A stretch of DNA of 64,000 nt, from NCBI RefSeq assembly GCF_035594765.1, contig NC_085845.1:174608897-174672896 (forward strand). The letters are read 5' to 3'. This document shows, piece after piece, positions 24,709 to 37,600 of the stretch. The notes beneath the pieces were generated by a model. That model was not told the origin of the DNA, did not search any database, and saw only the letters and a program-made list of their open reading frames with translations. This stretch comes from Anolis carolinensis. Taxonomy: Eukaryota. Each line of letters starts with the position of its first letter. Positions within the stretch are counted from its first letter, which is position 1. Position numbers and translations under genes: made by a program.

Positions 24709-27488
24709 ATCTAGACCAAAGTTTTTGTCCAATAAGAAGCCCACAAGCAAGATGGGAATGTGATATCACCCTCTCATTCATATTTTCAAGGTATTACTAT
24801 TTCCAGTATTGGAGATTAGATATTACTATATTGGCAAGTACCCTTTGGTGGCCTTGTCTTCCATAAATGTGCCCAAACTCACACATGTCATAGCTATATT
24901 TTGCAATAGCAGATTACATAGTTTCATTTTTGCTGAGTAAATAGGATATCTTGTAACTGCTTGGAATCTCACACCATTTAGATTTAGTGACTGACACTAC
25001 TCCTGCATGTGAATATTCTGAGCAATGAATAAAAACACTACTAGTTTATCCACATCTTGCATAACTTTGGTCATTTATATCACTTCTCCCCTTGTCTATT
25101 TTCTTCCCAGCACCATCCTATGATGATCTCACAATTCGTCAGTTTTCTAACTGCTCTCCGTTGGGCCTTTCTGTTTCAGCTGTGAGCACTGGCACTGCTG
25201 CTATTAATATGTTCCTTCTTTTCCTATATTCTCTCCTTCACTTGTGATGTGTAGAACTGGCTTATGAGAGCTATCAGCTGAAGTGCTGTTTAACCACAAC
25301 TTCCTTTTCCTGCCTTGCCCTGCAATCTGGGGATAACCAACAAAGTTCTGCTAGTGTTGCTTTAGTTCTTTCTTCAGGTCTTTCCTCCACTTTAAGTATG
25401 CACAAACACCAATCTTTCCTAGATGAATGTGCTATTTTCATTCCATTTCCATTGTAGTTCCAAGGAGATTTTCAGATAGAGAGGCAGCAAGAGGATAGAT
25501 GGTTTGCTTAGATTCACAAGTACCTTTTCTTGTCCATAAGACATTTTCTGAATGGTCAGGTCAGGCTCATTTGAGCTGCTAGTTCCAACTAGAGTCGTAG
25601 AATTCACATGAACAGCAGCTAAAGATGAACCAGTAACAATGGAGGAGGGAGGAGAAAGAAGAAACATATTGAAAACATATTCAATTGTTTTAAAGACTGA
25701 TACATTGGATTTTTAAAAAATCCAACATTTTAAAAATGTTTGCCTGGCTTCTACACCTTCATATTGCCCAGATGAAAGAATCCCTTACATGTTACATAAT
25801 TATAGCAGTTTGATACTGGTTTAAATTTCATAGCTTCCTAGGGAATCTTGAGATTTGTAAGTTCGTGATAATCTTCTGCCAGAGTTCAAGTGCCTCACCA
25901 AAATACAAATCACAGGATACCATAGCCAGAAAGAAAGGGGAGAAAAGAAAGGGGGGGGGGGTATTGCTCTGCCAGTGTGGCTACTTCAAAGAGTTGCACA
26001 GAGTATGTATTTGGACTGAATGGATTAACTTGAGAGTAAAGCTGAGGCAGCTAATAGACTTAAACAATTATTTGGGAAACAGTGAGATGGAAACCAAAAA
26101 TGAACCAAGTGAACATCTGTTTTTTCCACATCTATCTACAGCACATGACATTCATGCGTATGGATAACAATCAGTTTCTTTTCAAAAGCAACATGCTGTG
26201 CCCTGAAATTAGTGTGAAAATTGCATGTATCATAGATATGGAAAACAGTTTCAAGCTTTTAAAACAATGGTTCCCAAACATTGGTCCTTCAAATGGTTTG
26301 GACTTCAACTTCCAGAATTCCTGACTGTTGGCCAAGTCCAAAACACCCGGAGGACCATAGTTTGGTAACCATTATTTTAAATTATTTAAACATGGTGGTG
26401 TTAGGGAATCCGCATACCAGTTCTCAGCGATCTTTCCCCCCTGATATTTTAACTGTCAAAAAACCATTCACAGAAGAGCAATTTTGCTATGGGGGCAAGC
26501 TTTTTAAGGCTCAAAAGAGGTTATTATTTAGCAGTGGAAAATACTTGAGTTTACTTCTTGATTGAATGGTGCTTCTTCAGGTCCTAAAGCATCCTGTGGT
26601 AGGTAGAAAGTAGTAGTATGGTCTGCACATAGGTGTTTTGGGTGAAAAAAAACCCTAAAGATTCTGAGGCTGCTGAGCATAGCATACAACAAGATCATTC
26701 AAGGGGCTTCCCATCTCTGACAGTTGTCTATCTCTGGGTTAGAAGGTAAACATGTCCATCTTTCAGCCCCCATACCACCTCTATTTTCTCTTCTACTCTA
26801 CATGTTTTTCACAGAGGAGGGGAACCCTTTTATTTTAACAAGTATCCACTTTCAGTTGTCTTAGCTTGAGAGAGCATCTGCCTTGCTTTGAAGAGAACAC
26901 AGAGTTGCCCCGAGCATCCTATTTATCCTTAGACTTCAGCCAAGTAGTTATTCATGATGCTAGGTTTAAAAAAGTATCTACAAAACTAGTAATACTTTGC
27001 AATTGTACAGTACTTTTAGAGTTTTCAAAAATACACTGTGGTTAAATTTAGGCATCATGCATAGCCACCATGATGAAAACAAGAGTGTTAGTAGTCTTCT
27101 CATAATTGGCCACTGACAGTGGAAGGGATTCTGGATTACATTGCTCTTTTATTTGTTTCAGCAGGGCTCTTATATGTCTGTATATTACTAGGTGTTAGAC
27201 ACTGCTAGAGCTTGAATAATCTTGGAAGATCCAGGTTCTACTCCTCAATGGAACCTATATATTACACTGAGTGACCATTGTGCACACTTTCTGTCACAAA
27301 GGTTATATGAACAAAAGTGGCAAAGAGGAGAGCCACATATACCTCCTTGAGTATATTTTAAGAGGGGCAGGATATAAATGCACAATAATACTAAAACAAC
27401 AACAGATCTTATGCATAAGGTGGTAATATGGCTGGCAAGGGAATCTCCAGGAAATTTGTGCTGCCTCACAGTCTTCTTATATTTGCAG

Positions 27489-27619
27489 ATGCAGTGAAAT
27501 ATCTTGAATGCTCAGCATTGACCCAACGTGGCCTGAAAACAGTGTTTGATGAGGCCATCCGGGCAGTTCTCTGTCCTCAGCCCACAAAGACGAAGAAAAG
27601 GGGATGCAGTATCCTTTAA
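27489..27619 (+). CDS. RAC2: RAC2 coding exon 6 ([43 protein letters not shown])
   Basis: atttgcAG acceptor; SAL motif, CPQPT RAC2-type tail, CAAX box CSIL, TAA at 27617-27619. Confidence 0.97.
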
Positions 27620-28419
27620 AGGGTAAGATGCAAAGCAGTCCCTGTTTACTCTACACCTAGAATTGATTGATACCTATTTTCACACCCCCTTGAGAGTGAA
27701 AATTGTGTGGCCTTGGTGATGGAATTGAACTGCATTTCCCAGCATCTCTCACTATTTACTATATAATCAGTTATCCACATTTTCAGGTCTGATTTTTGTA
27801 GATTTGATTAAGATGTTATTTTTAGGAATCTCTATGCACTCCAGTGTGAATCCATGATCAACATCTAGTGGAGAGTGACTATGGAGTCATGCTGGACTGA
27901 ATGGCCTATCTAAAGCAGGGGTGAAGCATCCTTGATCCATGACTTGCTACAACTTCCACAAGCCCTTAGCCTCCTGGGTAGGGTGACTACAGAGTTTTAG
28001 GCCAAAGTATCAGAAGGGCCATCTGCCTGATTTAAAGCTTTGACATGTGGTGCTCCATTTTCAAGATCTCAGCCCACTCCACCTCACTTCCTCCTTTTTA
28101 TTCCTAGTCAGCATTCTGGGGTAACTGAACATGCCTAATCCCCATTGAGATGTTTTGTCCCAATTCTTCTTCTGTTGGCAGAGGATGTATTTCTGCAAAC
28201 CATAGACTTTCTCTGGGGATTGAAAAAGTTACTTTTAAGACCATGCTAGCTGGGGGATTCTGTCAGTTGTAGGTTCAGAAATTACTTTTCCAAGCTGTGC
28301 TTTTTTCATAAGCCAATTCCTTCTTTAAAGGAAGATAGTGTCATGTTGATTATATAACTAACAACACTCATAATCAAAACATTAGAAATACAAGGAATTC
28401 TATAGGAGAAGGGAGCCTA

Positions 28420-28500
28420 GAATAATAGAATCACAGAATCATAAAATCATAGAGTTGGAAGAGACCTCATGGGCCATCCAGTCCAACCCCCTGCCAAGAA
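28420..28500 (-). mobile_element. CR1 LINE extreme 3' end
   Basis: (TAGAATCA)n followed by gagttggaagagacctcatgggccatccagtccaacccc. Confidence 0.8.
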
Positions 28501-28785
28501 TCAGCCTCATCTTTTCCAAATTGTCCTTCCTTTGTACTTGCCAATTCTCAATCCACTTGAAAGCTTTGGCATCTAACCAGAGCTTGAAAGGATCAGGGTT
28601 TTGGATAGAGCTGCCAGAATCTCCCAGTTAGCTTGGAAGTTCTATCCATACCTAATTTTTCTAAGCATCTAACATAGGAAGAAAATATTCTCTAACCAAC
28701 AGCTGTGGAACTGGGTGCCTACTTTCCCCCTTCTGTCCTCTAGCTGATATGTTTGTAGTGCTACATAGCTCTCTTTTTTCTCAAA

Positions 28786-28840
28786 AATATAATATAATAT
28801 AATATAATATAATATAATATAATATAATATAATATAATAT
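28786..28840 (+). repeat. (AATAT)11 microsatellite
   Basis: Perfect pentanucleotide run. Confidence 0.97.
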
Positions 28841-29237
28841 AAAAACCAAGGATAGGAACCATGCCACCACCCATATGTTGCTTAACCCATCACCATTGGC
28901 TATGCTGGCTAGAGGATATGGGACTTGCAGTTTAACCGCATCCAGAGGGCTACACAGTGGCTTTCATTGACATAAACAGACAACCCTCTTCTTGTAACCC
29001 AGCTCAGACTTGGTTGCTGGACAAGCATGTGCAGCATCTAGCAAACATTCAGCAGATGTTTAAAACGAGGAAGTAACATGGTTCCACAACACATAACTAA
29101 TTTTGAATTGTGAAAGGCACCTGTACATCTCATAAATTTACATTTTTCTTGTTCTCTTGAGTAAGCTCCATTTTATAAAGTCTGACTGCTTAAAAAGTGG
29201 CAAAAGCTTGAAAGTCTTTCTTTTGTTTGGTATGTAG

Positions 29238-31540
29238 ATTTCAGGCTTTGGCGCTGCACCACATGGAGTGTTCCTTACCCTTCACTGTTGCTGACGGGAC
29301 AGAGAGATGGCTTTGGCACCAGCTGAATTCTTCACCTGCAACTGTCTGAGTGACACCAGTGTTTGTTTTCCCCTCATTCTTGAGGGGGCCTCCACACTAG
29401 CTGGTTACTTTGCAATTGTTATCCTTTGCTTAGTTATTACAGAGCACCCAGAACAGCTTCATTGTTAGTCCGTTGCATTTTCATATTTTCTGACTTACTC
29501 CCTTGTGCTTTTTTTTTTAAAACCCAATTATAACTCTGCCATGAGATCAAGTTTGGTGTAGTGGTTTGGCCATTGCAGTGGGACTTGGAGAAACCATTGT
29601 CCAAATCCCCCTTCAGCCATGCAAACCCACTGGGTGACCTTGGGCAAGTCATGTTCTCTAAACCACTGAGAAAGGTGCTTGGTAAACCTCTTCAGAATAA
29701 TCTGGTCAAGAAAACCCTGTGATCACCACTCCATAAATTGGCGGTGACTGGAAGGCACCTGGCAAAAATGGATCTACCCATGACAACCACCTGTATGCTG
29801 AAATGTAATTTCAGAATTGTCCCTTCAAGATTTTTTTTGACAGACTCCTGTACCTTTGGTTCATTCTTTGTAAGCTTAGTTTATTTATTGCACCCTCCTT
29901 TATTTGGGCTAGGAGATATTTAAACAAAAGAACAGTATCCTCTGATTTGTCTCAGAACAGCTTTCTCCAAATTGATCCAGTGCCGGGATTTTGGTGTGCG
30001 TGTTTATATGTGGCTTTTAATTATCAATTTAATCTCATAAGTGCTACTGCCTGGTGAGGGTAGAGAGAATGAGCATTCCACTTGGTACAGGAGAAAAACT
30101 AGGGGCATGCAAAATGGCAGAAATCCGTTATGTTTTCGTTTCAGTCCCCACCCCCACTCTATTCTGTTTTTGGGAAGATTCCGGGAGATTCATAATTCAG
30201 AAGCCTGAGTTCCATTTTCGGAGGATTCGGTCCATCAACGCCAATGGGGAAATTTTAGATGCTCTATTCTCCATCATTTTTAATGCTATCAGGATGAAAC
30301 GTGGACATGTAGGACGCATTTATGGCTGTAAGTCTGCCAAGTTTCATGATGTTTTGTCCATCCACAGATGTTTTGGACTTTTAAAAAGTTTTTACCAATA
30401 AATTCTTTTTAAAAAATGAAACAGAGATTTCTGGGATTTGAAGTCCAAAAGAAGACGCACCACAAGAAGGGAGGAGAATGGACAGAACCAGCCCTCTGAT
30501 TAGCTGAGAAACGTGATGCAGCAAGTGTGGCTGTGCTCAGTGTTCCCCTTCGCCTCCACAATGGAGAGATTGCTGCTTGTAAAACAAACAAATGGTTAGA
30601 ATACTAATTATGAAAAATAAGTCCAAAACAACTAATCTTTCCCAAATTTTTAGCTGGAAGATTAGGCGGCCTGTTTTTTGTTCCAAGAAGGCTCTGAAGA
30701 GTACTTCCTGGAGCCACCGGATTGCCAAAGTTATCCAACCAATGGAATTTCACACACCCCTAGAAAAAAGAGAGATGATATGAGAAGAAAAACTCATTAG
30801 GGTGAAAACAAGAAAAGTTTCAATGTGAACGGAATAGAAAGAGGAGAGAGAGAAGGAAGGAAGGAACACAATGCTGATTGAGAATAGAAACGCCACAGAA
30901 GGGCAAGTTGCCAAGTATTTTGTAATGGCCATTGTACCACAGACAAATAGAATTATTTGTTTGATTCATAGATAGATTAGGAACCAAGTCCAGGAGAACC
31001 ATCTAGGTGTATCTGCATTTTCCCAAATGAGATCTTGCTATGTGTCCCTCAATCCTAGTAGCACCATGGGAAATGCAACATGAGCAAGGATAAAAGCAGG
31101 GGGAGGAAGGAACAGTTTAAACAAATAAGTCATGAATTCTTCCCCTAGTAGGAAGAGAAGAAGACATTTGGAGAATTTTATTCTTACTGGGGTAACACAA
31201 AATGGTAAAACAGGCCAGTTGGGGGGGGGGGGGGCTACCAAAGAGTATGAGAAAGGATCTCTGGTGAATGGACCTTATTTCTGATTGTACAAGAATTATG
31301 TTCATGAGGAAAGACATTGGTGGATTATATAGTGGTGTATAATGTACTGTTTGCAATACCTTGTTTTTAGGATTCACTTCCAGCTGATTGTGAAAAGGCA
31401 CTGCCTCTGCTGTACTAATGAACCTCAGTGTGGAAGCACCCTTTTTCTTCGAAATGTCTCTGCCCAGCTTGTCTGCCCCATAACGCTTATTGAATAGCTA
31501 CTGATCTTCAATAAACTCTTTGTTCCTGCCAGCTGTGTTT
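29238..31540 (+). other. RAC2: Probable non-coding terminal (3'UTR) exon of RAC2
   Basis: GTAAGA donor at 27623, 3 nt after the stop; T-rich tract with candidate AG acceptors at 29236-37 and 29243-44; AATAAA at 31510-31515 followed by a GT/T-rich tract (alternative AATAAA at 30397). Boundaries are inferred. Confidence 0.45.
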
Positions 31541-32165
31541 TTACTATTCCCAAAGAATTTTGAAATTGTGATGGACTGGTTTACCAACTCTTATCTAATG
31601 TACTCTTTCCCATCCTGGTCTCCTCAGTAGCCACTAGCCAGCATGATTAATTATGAGAAATGCTGGAAGATGTACTTCAGAGGCTCTAGGAAGCAGAGTT
31701 CAGTAAGAGAATAGTGCAAGAAAGCTTTCTAGATCTTCAGCAGCCACTTCAACATTCCATAAGCTGAGATGAGAAGGTCAGGGTCAGGGCTAATTTCTAT
31801 GGTTTAACAAATTGGTAGTACTTTCCAATGCTCCTGTCAGTAGCAGCTGAATGTTTGCATGCCATTAGAGTGGTAAAATGTCCTCTGGGCTATGTTCTAT
31901 GCTTTAAGGAAGCTTCTTAGAGAACAGAGCTCAGTATTTGCATTGCAATCTGGAGGAGATACATAGCCGCACTAACATGGAAATATCAGCACCTGCTGAT
32001 TCTTGTCTTCAATTTGCTTGTGTGACTCTGTACTTATACCCCGAATCATATAGCAGCTTGGGTGTTGAATCTGTGAGACCAGGGTTCAAATCTCTGTTCA
32101 GTCAAGAAAATCCATTAAGTGAGCTCGAATAAGCTATAGAGAAAGGCAATGGCAAACATTAAAGT

Positions 32166-32601
32166 CAGTGGTTCTCAACCTGTGGGCTACGGCCCAACAG
32201 TGGCCACAAGAACAATAATCCAGTTTGCAAACCTCCTTCCTCTTTATTTATTTAACTTATTTTATTTCTGCTCCTTTCCACAGAGCTGACCATTGCATTG
32301 GACCACATCAGCTCTAGATTATTAAATATGGTTTTCTATGGGCGAGCTGGTGACAACTACTGGATGGCATATGTTCTGTATCAGAAACTAGAGTTGATGT
32401 GGTCTATCCATTGCAATTTTCTGTATCAGCACCCCAAACAACCAAACCAAATCTAAAGTTGACCAAAAACTGATTTGTAACCCTTTTGGTACTAATGTTG
32501 GAGAATGGTCCCTGGTCAAAGAAGTCCCTGGTCAAAGTGGTTCCTGGTCAAAGTGGTTCCTCGTCAAGTAGGCCCTGGTTAAAAAAGGTTGGGAAACACT
32601 G
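32166..32601. mobile_element. Non-autonomous hAT-Charlie element
   Basis: CAGTGGTTCTCAACCT...AGGTTGGGAAACACTG termini; near-TSD ATTAAAGT/ATCTAAGT; subterminal ~16-bp tandem repeats (ggtccctggtcaaagt). Confidence 0.75.
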
Positions 32602-33975
32602 ATCTAAGTAAATCGTGCCACAAAGGTGTTACAGAAGGGTCAACATAAACCTGAGTCGATTTGGAGGCTTTGATCCCATTAACTTTGGGACATCTACTTG
32701 ACACACAGCTGATTCGCTCTACATGCCTGTCAAGGATGTTTAATGCAGTCTTTCCCCATGAAAGTTGGAGCTTTACCACACTTAGCCCATGTGTAAACAG
32801 TTGTCAGGTTCTGATATTGAACCTGTTACTATTGGTTACTCAGGTGGCCCTGGGACAAATGATGGCACTTACCATTGTCCCTATCATAGTGATGACCATG
32901 GGGCATGAAATTGCGCATCCTTTCTGCCATTGGCTTGCTGGTACTTTGACCAGCATCAGCACTAGTGACAAGTAATGACCACAAGCAATTCCGTGCCCTA
33001 TGATTGTTGCTTTGAACGAGACAAGACAGTGATGGTAAAATGGGCTATCACTTTAGTGGTGTGGACTTCCAGGGAAGCACGCTACCTGTGTCTGTGGACA
33101 TCCTTCCATAGCCACAATGGCTGGCTAATTCAGTGGCCCATATAGATGTGTCCTACATCAAGCATGCACTTAATGGCCAGAGTTTCGGAAGTTCCATTCT
33201 GCACCGCAATACCCAGAATTCTTCAGCCATTCCAGATTTGAGAAATAGAACTTTCCCCAGGCCTGCCTATGACTTTGGCTCTGTCAGAGTCACATTCTTC
33301 TCTCTAACAGCAGACTCTGGCACACAGTGGGATAGATCTTATTATCTGTCCCACCTGCAGTATCCTTTTTAAAGTCCTGCAAAGCTTCTCCTGCTGGGTC
33401 CAACAGCCAGTTTTCATCAGACTACCAGGCCTGCTGAGATTTGGGGTTTTCAGAATCTAAATGAATATGTCAATTTTTTTTCTCCCAAAAAATGTTGCCA
33501 TGGCTTCACAGCACAAGGTTGCTGGACAGGTGAGAGCCAGAGGAAGACAGACTAAAGACCAAAACCTTTGATTTACCTTACTTCAGAACCTTTCCGAGTT
33601 CTCCTTTTCCATCATGGAGTGTATATTTATGATAATGTTATCTCGAAGCATGTCTGAGAGCAGAATTCATAATGCTCACTAGTCAGTAAATCTGTGGCCT
33701 CAAGCTCCAGAATATGTTGTGCAATGATTCCGTTTGTACACATTTATGCTATGGTGGTATAAGTCAGGAAAGTATGGGGAAATGGATATGAAATATCTTA
33801 ATACAGGCTTCCTGGAAGTGTAAGGTGAAATATTCTCTTGTTCTCAGAAAGGGGTTGTGAATGGAAAAAGTTGAAGAAGCCCTGCTAGGGTACCGGAAGA
33901 ACCGACCTATTCATGAGAAGCCTCCTCCTAAAAAAAATCCCTCTTCTGATATGCATGTCTACATCTGATGTCTTA

Positions 33976-34122
33976 GGCTGGATCTACACTGCCATATAAT
34001 CCAGATTATCAAAACAGATAATCCACATTATCTGCTTTGAACTGAATTATGTGAGTTTACATTGCCATATAATCCAGTTCAAAGCAGATAATCTGGATTT
34101 TATATGGCTGTGTAGATGGGGT
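33976..34122. mobile_element. Palindromic Harbinger-like MITE
   Basis: ATCTACACTGCCATATAA...TTATATGGCTGTGTAGAT inverted ends; related copy at about 51040-51183. Confidence 0.7.
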
Positions 34123-35814
34123 CTTACTAAAATGGTACCTATGCTGATGTTCAACATTTCCTTTGATTTAGAGGAAGAGGAAGACTTGGCTGCCACCTCC
34201 CTAGGAGAAATAATTCCTGATTCAGGTGCTTTTGATATTGTCGAATCCCCATGCCTTGGGGAATTCCAAATTATTCTGCATGATGGAGGCATGCAATACA
34301 GATAAGAATAGGTAAATCTAATGATATCTGTTTCATTGAAACCTCAGAGCAGACCAGGCAGAATTTAGTCTTAGAACTTAGAAAGGAATCTTAAACTTCA
34401 ACCCACATACAGTATTTAACATTATATATAGCTTAGACCTGAGGAAAAAATATTGTGAACCATAGGCAATTCTGCTACTTAGGTTATGGCAAGAGTATGG
34501 ACATGTTTTCAGCAGCCAAGATGGGTGGTGGATTATGTGAGCTGTAGTCTAAGAAAGTAACTTTCCCAGCCTTTGGTCTTTCTTCCCATAATCTTGGAAA
34601 AGCCACTTAGTGTACTGATAGATTACCATTAAAGATGCATCAGTCAAGTTTTCTAGCTATGGATCTTCTCCCATCATCAGAAAGTAAACCAAAGTCAAAT
34701 GGCAAAGCAATAATTCTCTATGAGCTATTCTGCTGTGCAAAAGAAAAAATCATTTTTTCCAAGCAGTTTGCCTGAATTACCTCTCAAACTCTTCTGTGAC
34801 AATCCATGTGTGGTATACACATCTCTGGGTGTAGGATAACTAGGAAAGTAATCCTTGGCATGATTATTATTATTATCATACTTATTTATATGCTAGATTG
34901 TTTGATATCAGTACAGCCACAGATCTCTCATACCTGAAGAATTATGCCAGCGAGCATAGGTCAATGGATGTTGCACAAGCCCATCGTGAATCAAGTCAGT
35001 AATTTATCTGGCAATTAGCATGCTTGTTAAAAAAATTGGAGTCAGTCTGTGCTCAGGGGGAAAATTTATTGTGTTGCTACTTCTTGCTATAATCCTCCAG
35101 ATACTCACCAGGAGCTATCACTCCTGGCATTCCAATCTCAATTCACATAAGGAGCAGGAGGCAAAAATGAATGCTGGAAAGAGCAAAGGGGAGAGGCGAT
35201 GGAATGAGTCACCCATCAAGACTAATAGCCTGGGGTTGTTAAAATAAAACTGATGAGAGCCATCTCTATGATGCAGTAGAATTGACAGCTGCTGGAACCT
35301 TTATCACTGACTCATTACAGGTGCTCCGCTAACACTGGATATTGCTAAGAGCTAGAAGAGGGAAGGCAGTGCTGCAATGCAGCCAGAGCCACAGGTTAAT
35401 GCACTGGCTATCTTTGATTAGCAAGAATGGTGGTATCACTTGCAACATGCACTTCTGCCTAGGTTTCTCTGTTCTTTATGAATTTAGCAGTAATCCTTCT
35501 ACTTATTGAGAAGGAGGAAAGGAAGGGTAGTCAAAAGGGGTTTCCTAGTGATTTCCCTTGTTCTAATGTATAGTGCTTTGGGATGGCATGGTCTGGAATG
35601 AGCAATTCAGACTTCATACTATTACAAAATGATGGGAATGGAAAACCTTGTTTATGTAGATTAACACAGTCACTTGCAGAATGTCCTGGGTAGGTGTCTA
35701 TCAGGGTTGTCATGAGAACTATATTTCAAAATATAGCCTTTCATTGGGGGGCGGGGGGCGGGTGACATTGCATAATGGCTGAAGAAATGCAGGCTTGTAG
35801 ATCTCCCCAACCAA

Positions 35815-35868
<54 letters not shown>
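35815..35868 (+). repeat. (AAT)18 microsatellite
   Basis: Perfect trinucleotide run. Confidence 0.97.
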
Positions 35869-35869
<1 letters not shown>

Positions 35870-35949
35870 TTTAATACTGGGTATCTCCAGCTATCGCGTT
35901 GGAAAGATTTTTGGCTCCTGGAGAGCCATGATCTGTCAGTGTAGACTTA

Positions 35950-36645
35950 GGGCGCTTCCACACTTGAAGTTAAACACATGCTGAAAAGGGTTTTAAAAAC
36001 TTGCTTCAGCATGGGTTTAAGTCCCCACCCCCATGTCAAAAAACCCAGGCTTTCCCTGTGGGGTGTCTAGGTGCTATCCCAGTAACTACTGGGATGGTAC
36101 CCAGGCACTCAGAAGAACTGCAAAACTACTCTTAAAATAAAAAAAACCCAGCCATCATTAAGGAACTGCCTGAATCCTCCTGGCACATAGAAATGATACA
36201 CCAGGAGATGGGGGGCAGGGGGGGGGGCAAGGAGTAATTCTCCCTCCCCCCGGTGTCCTGGTATGTCATTTCTATGCACCAGGAGAACTCAAGCAGTTCT
36301 TTCAGGTTTTTTTTTTTTAAGGTTAGTTTTGGGGTTTTTAGGGAGGAATGGGTGCCATCTTGGTTTTCCGGGCTTCTGGAGCCCGAAAACCTGAGATGGG
36401 TGTTGATTGGACCCAGGGATCACGTGATGTGGTCCCCAGGCCCAATCCACACAGGGCCCACACTTGGTAAGGCCTGGATCTTACCTAAGATCCAGGTCTT
36501 ACCAGGTGTCTAATTAATTCAGAACAAAGCAGGGAACAAGTTGTGCTTTGTTCTGAATTAATTTGTTTTTACCGGAGGCATCGTTTGGACACTTCTGATG
36601 AAAGCGCAACAGGTCCTGCATTGTTGTGCCTGTCTGGAAGGGCCC
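35950..36645. mobile_element. PIF/Harbinger-like non-autonomous element
   Basis: TIR GGGC(G/C)CTTCCA, TTA/TAA flanks; homologous, in opposite orientation, to 19140-19745. Confidence 0.7.
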
Positions 36646-37079
36646 TAAGAATGAGAAATTTCTTTTATTTTGAAAGTCAGTATCGCTGGCAAGTTGTGTG
36701 ATTGCCTATGTGCGCTCTTTCCCTAACGCAGCCCTCACTGTGAGAGATGGGAAGGTTTAAATATCTATTCTCAACCTCCTGAGATTAGAGAATATTTTAA
36801 CTGCAGGAGAAAAATATTAAGCTTTTTCACATCCCCACAAAAACCATTCCTGGTGTCAATAAAGTTTTCTGCTACTAACAGTGGCAGGAAGACAGCAACC
36901 TAGTTTACAAAGAGGTTTTTGTCATTATTTTCCAGTAGATGGATTTTAACTTATGATGACCCTTCAAGACCTTGAAGACCCTCAGTCATCAAATAGCCTG
37001 TTTAAGTCTAGCAATGCTGTAGCTTCCTGAATTGAACCAATTCATTTTCAGTGCAGTTTTCTCTCCCCCCCCCCCATTT

Positions 37080-37172
37080 CCTTCAACTGTACTAGGCATT
37101 ACAATATTTTCCAATGAGTCACATCATCTTGTCATATGTCCAAAGTACAACAGCCTCAGTCTACCCATCTTC
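37080..37172 (-). mobile_element. Old RTE LINE fragment
   Basis: Minus strand reads LRLLYFGHMTR..DSLENIVM, the YFGH motif of the RTE/BovB C-terminal region. Confidence 0.5.
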
Positions 37173-37502
37173 ACTTGGATGTTGTATAGCTCCATATGAG
37201 CCAGAGCCCCAGTGATCAGAAGGAATGAATCCTGTTCACCCAGCTCATAGTCAGAATCACTTTTCCAACTCTGTGGACAGCACTGCTAGAGCAGCAGCAT
37301 CTTGCTTATCCAACAAGTGTGGATGGAGGTTTCCATATCTCACATTCGCTCTGATTTCATTGTAGAATTTACAGGAGCTATCCAACGTTCTGAATCCATT
37401 TGGAGGAGGATTGGGTTCAGCAGCTTTGTTACCTCCTTGGTTAGTCTTCAGCAATATTTAAGATCCAGATTACACTACCAAACCTAAAATGCATTTTTCG
37501 TA

Positions 37503-37600
37503 GAACTCAACACAACACCCTGAATACATTTTATTTTGGTAACTAAGCAGAGTCAGACCTGGTTAACTTCTGGATAGAAATCTCCAAGTAAAGCCAGAAA
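37503..37600 (+). pseudogene. Degenerate 5S rRNA-derived sequence (5S pseudogene or SINE3 head)
   Basis: caacaccctgaatac...aactaagcagagtcagacctggtta...tggata aligns by eye to 5S CCACCCTGAAC...AGCTAAGCAGGGTCGGGCCTGGTTAGTACTTGGATG. Confidence 0.55.

Noticed and set aside
33494-33507. RFX X-box-like GTTGCCATGGCTTC upstream of a ciliary GPCR
   Set aside because: One half-site is degenerate, it is about 7 kb from the putative TSS, and a single short motif is expected by chance.
37264-37284. Possible REST/RE1 site (GGACAGCAC)
   Set aside because: Only the right half matches; too many mismatches in the left half.
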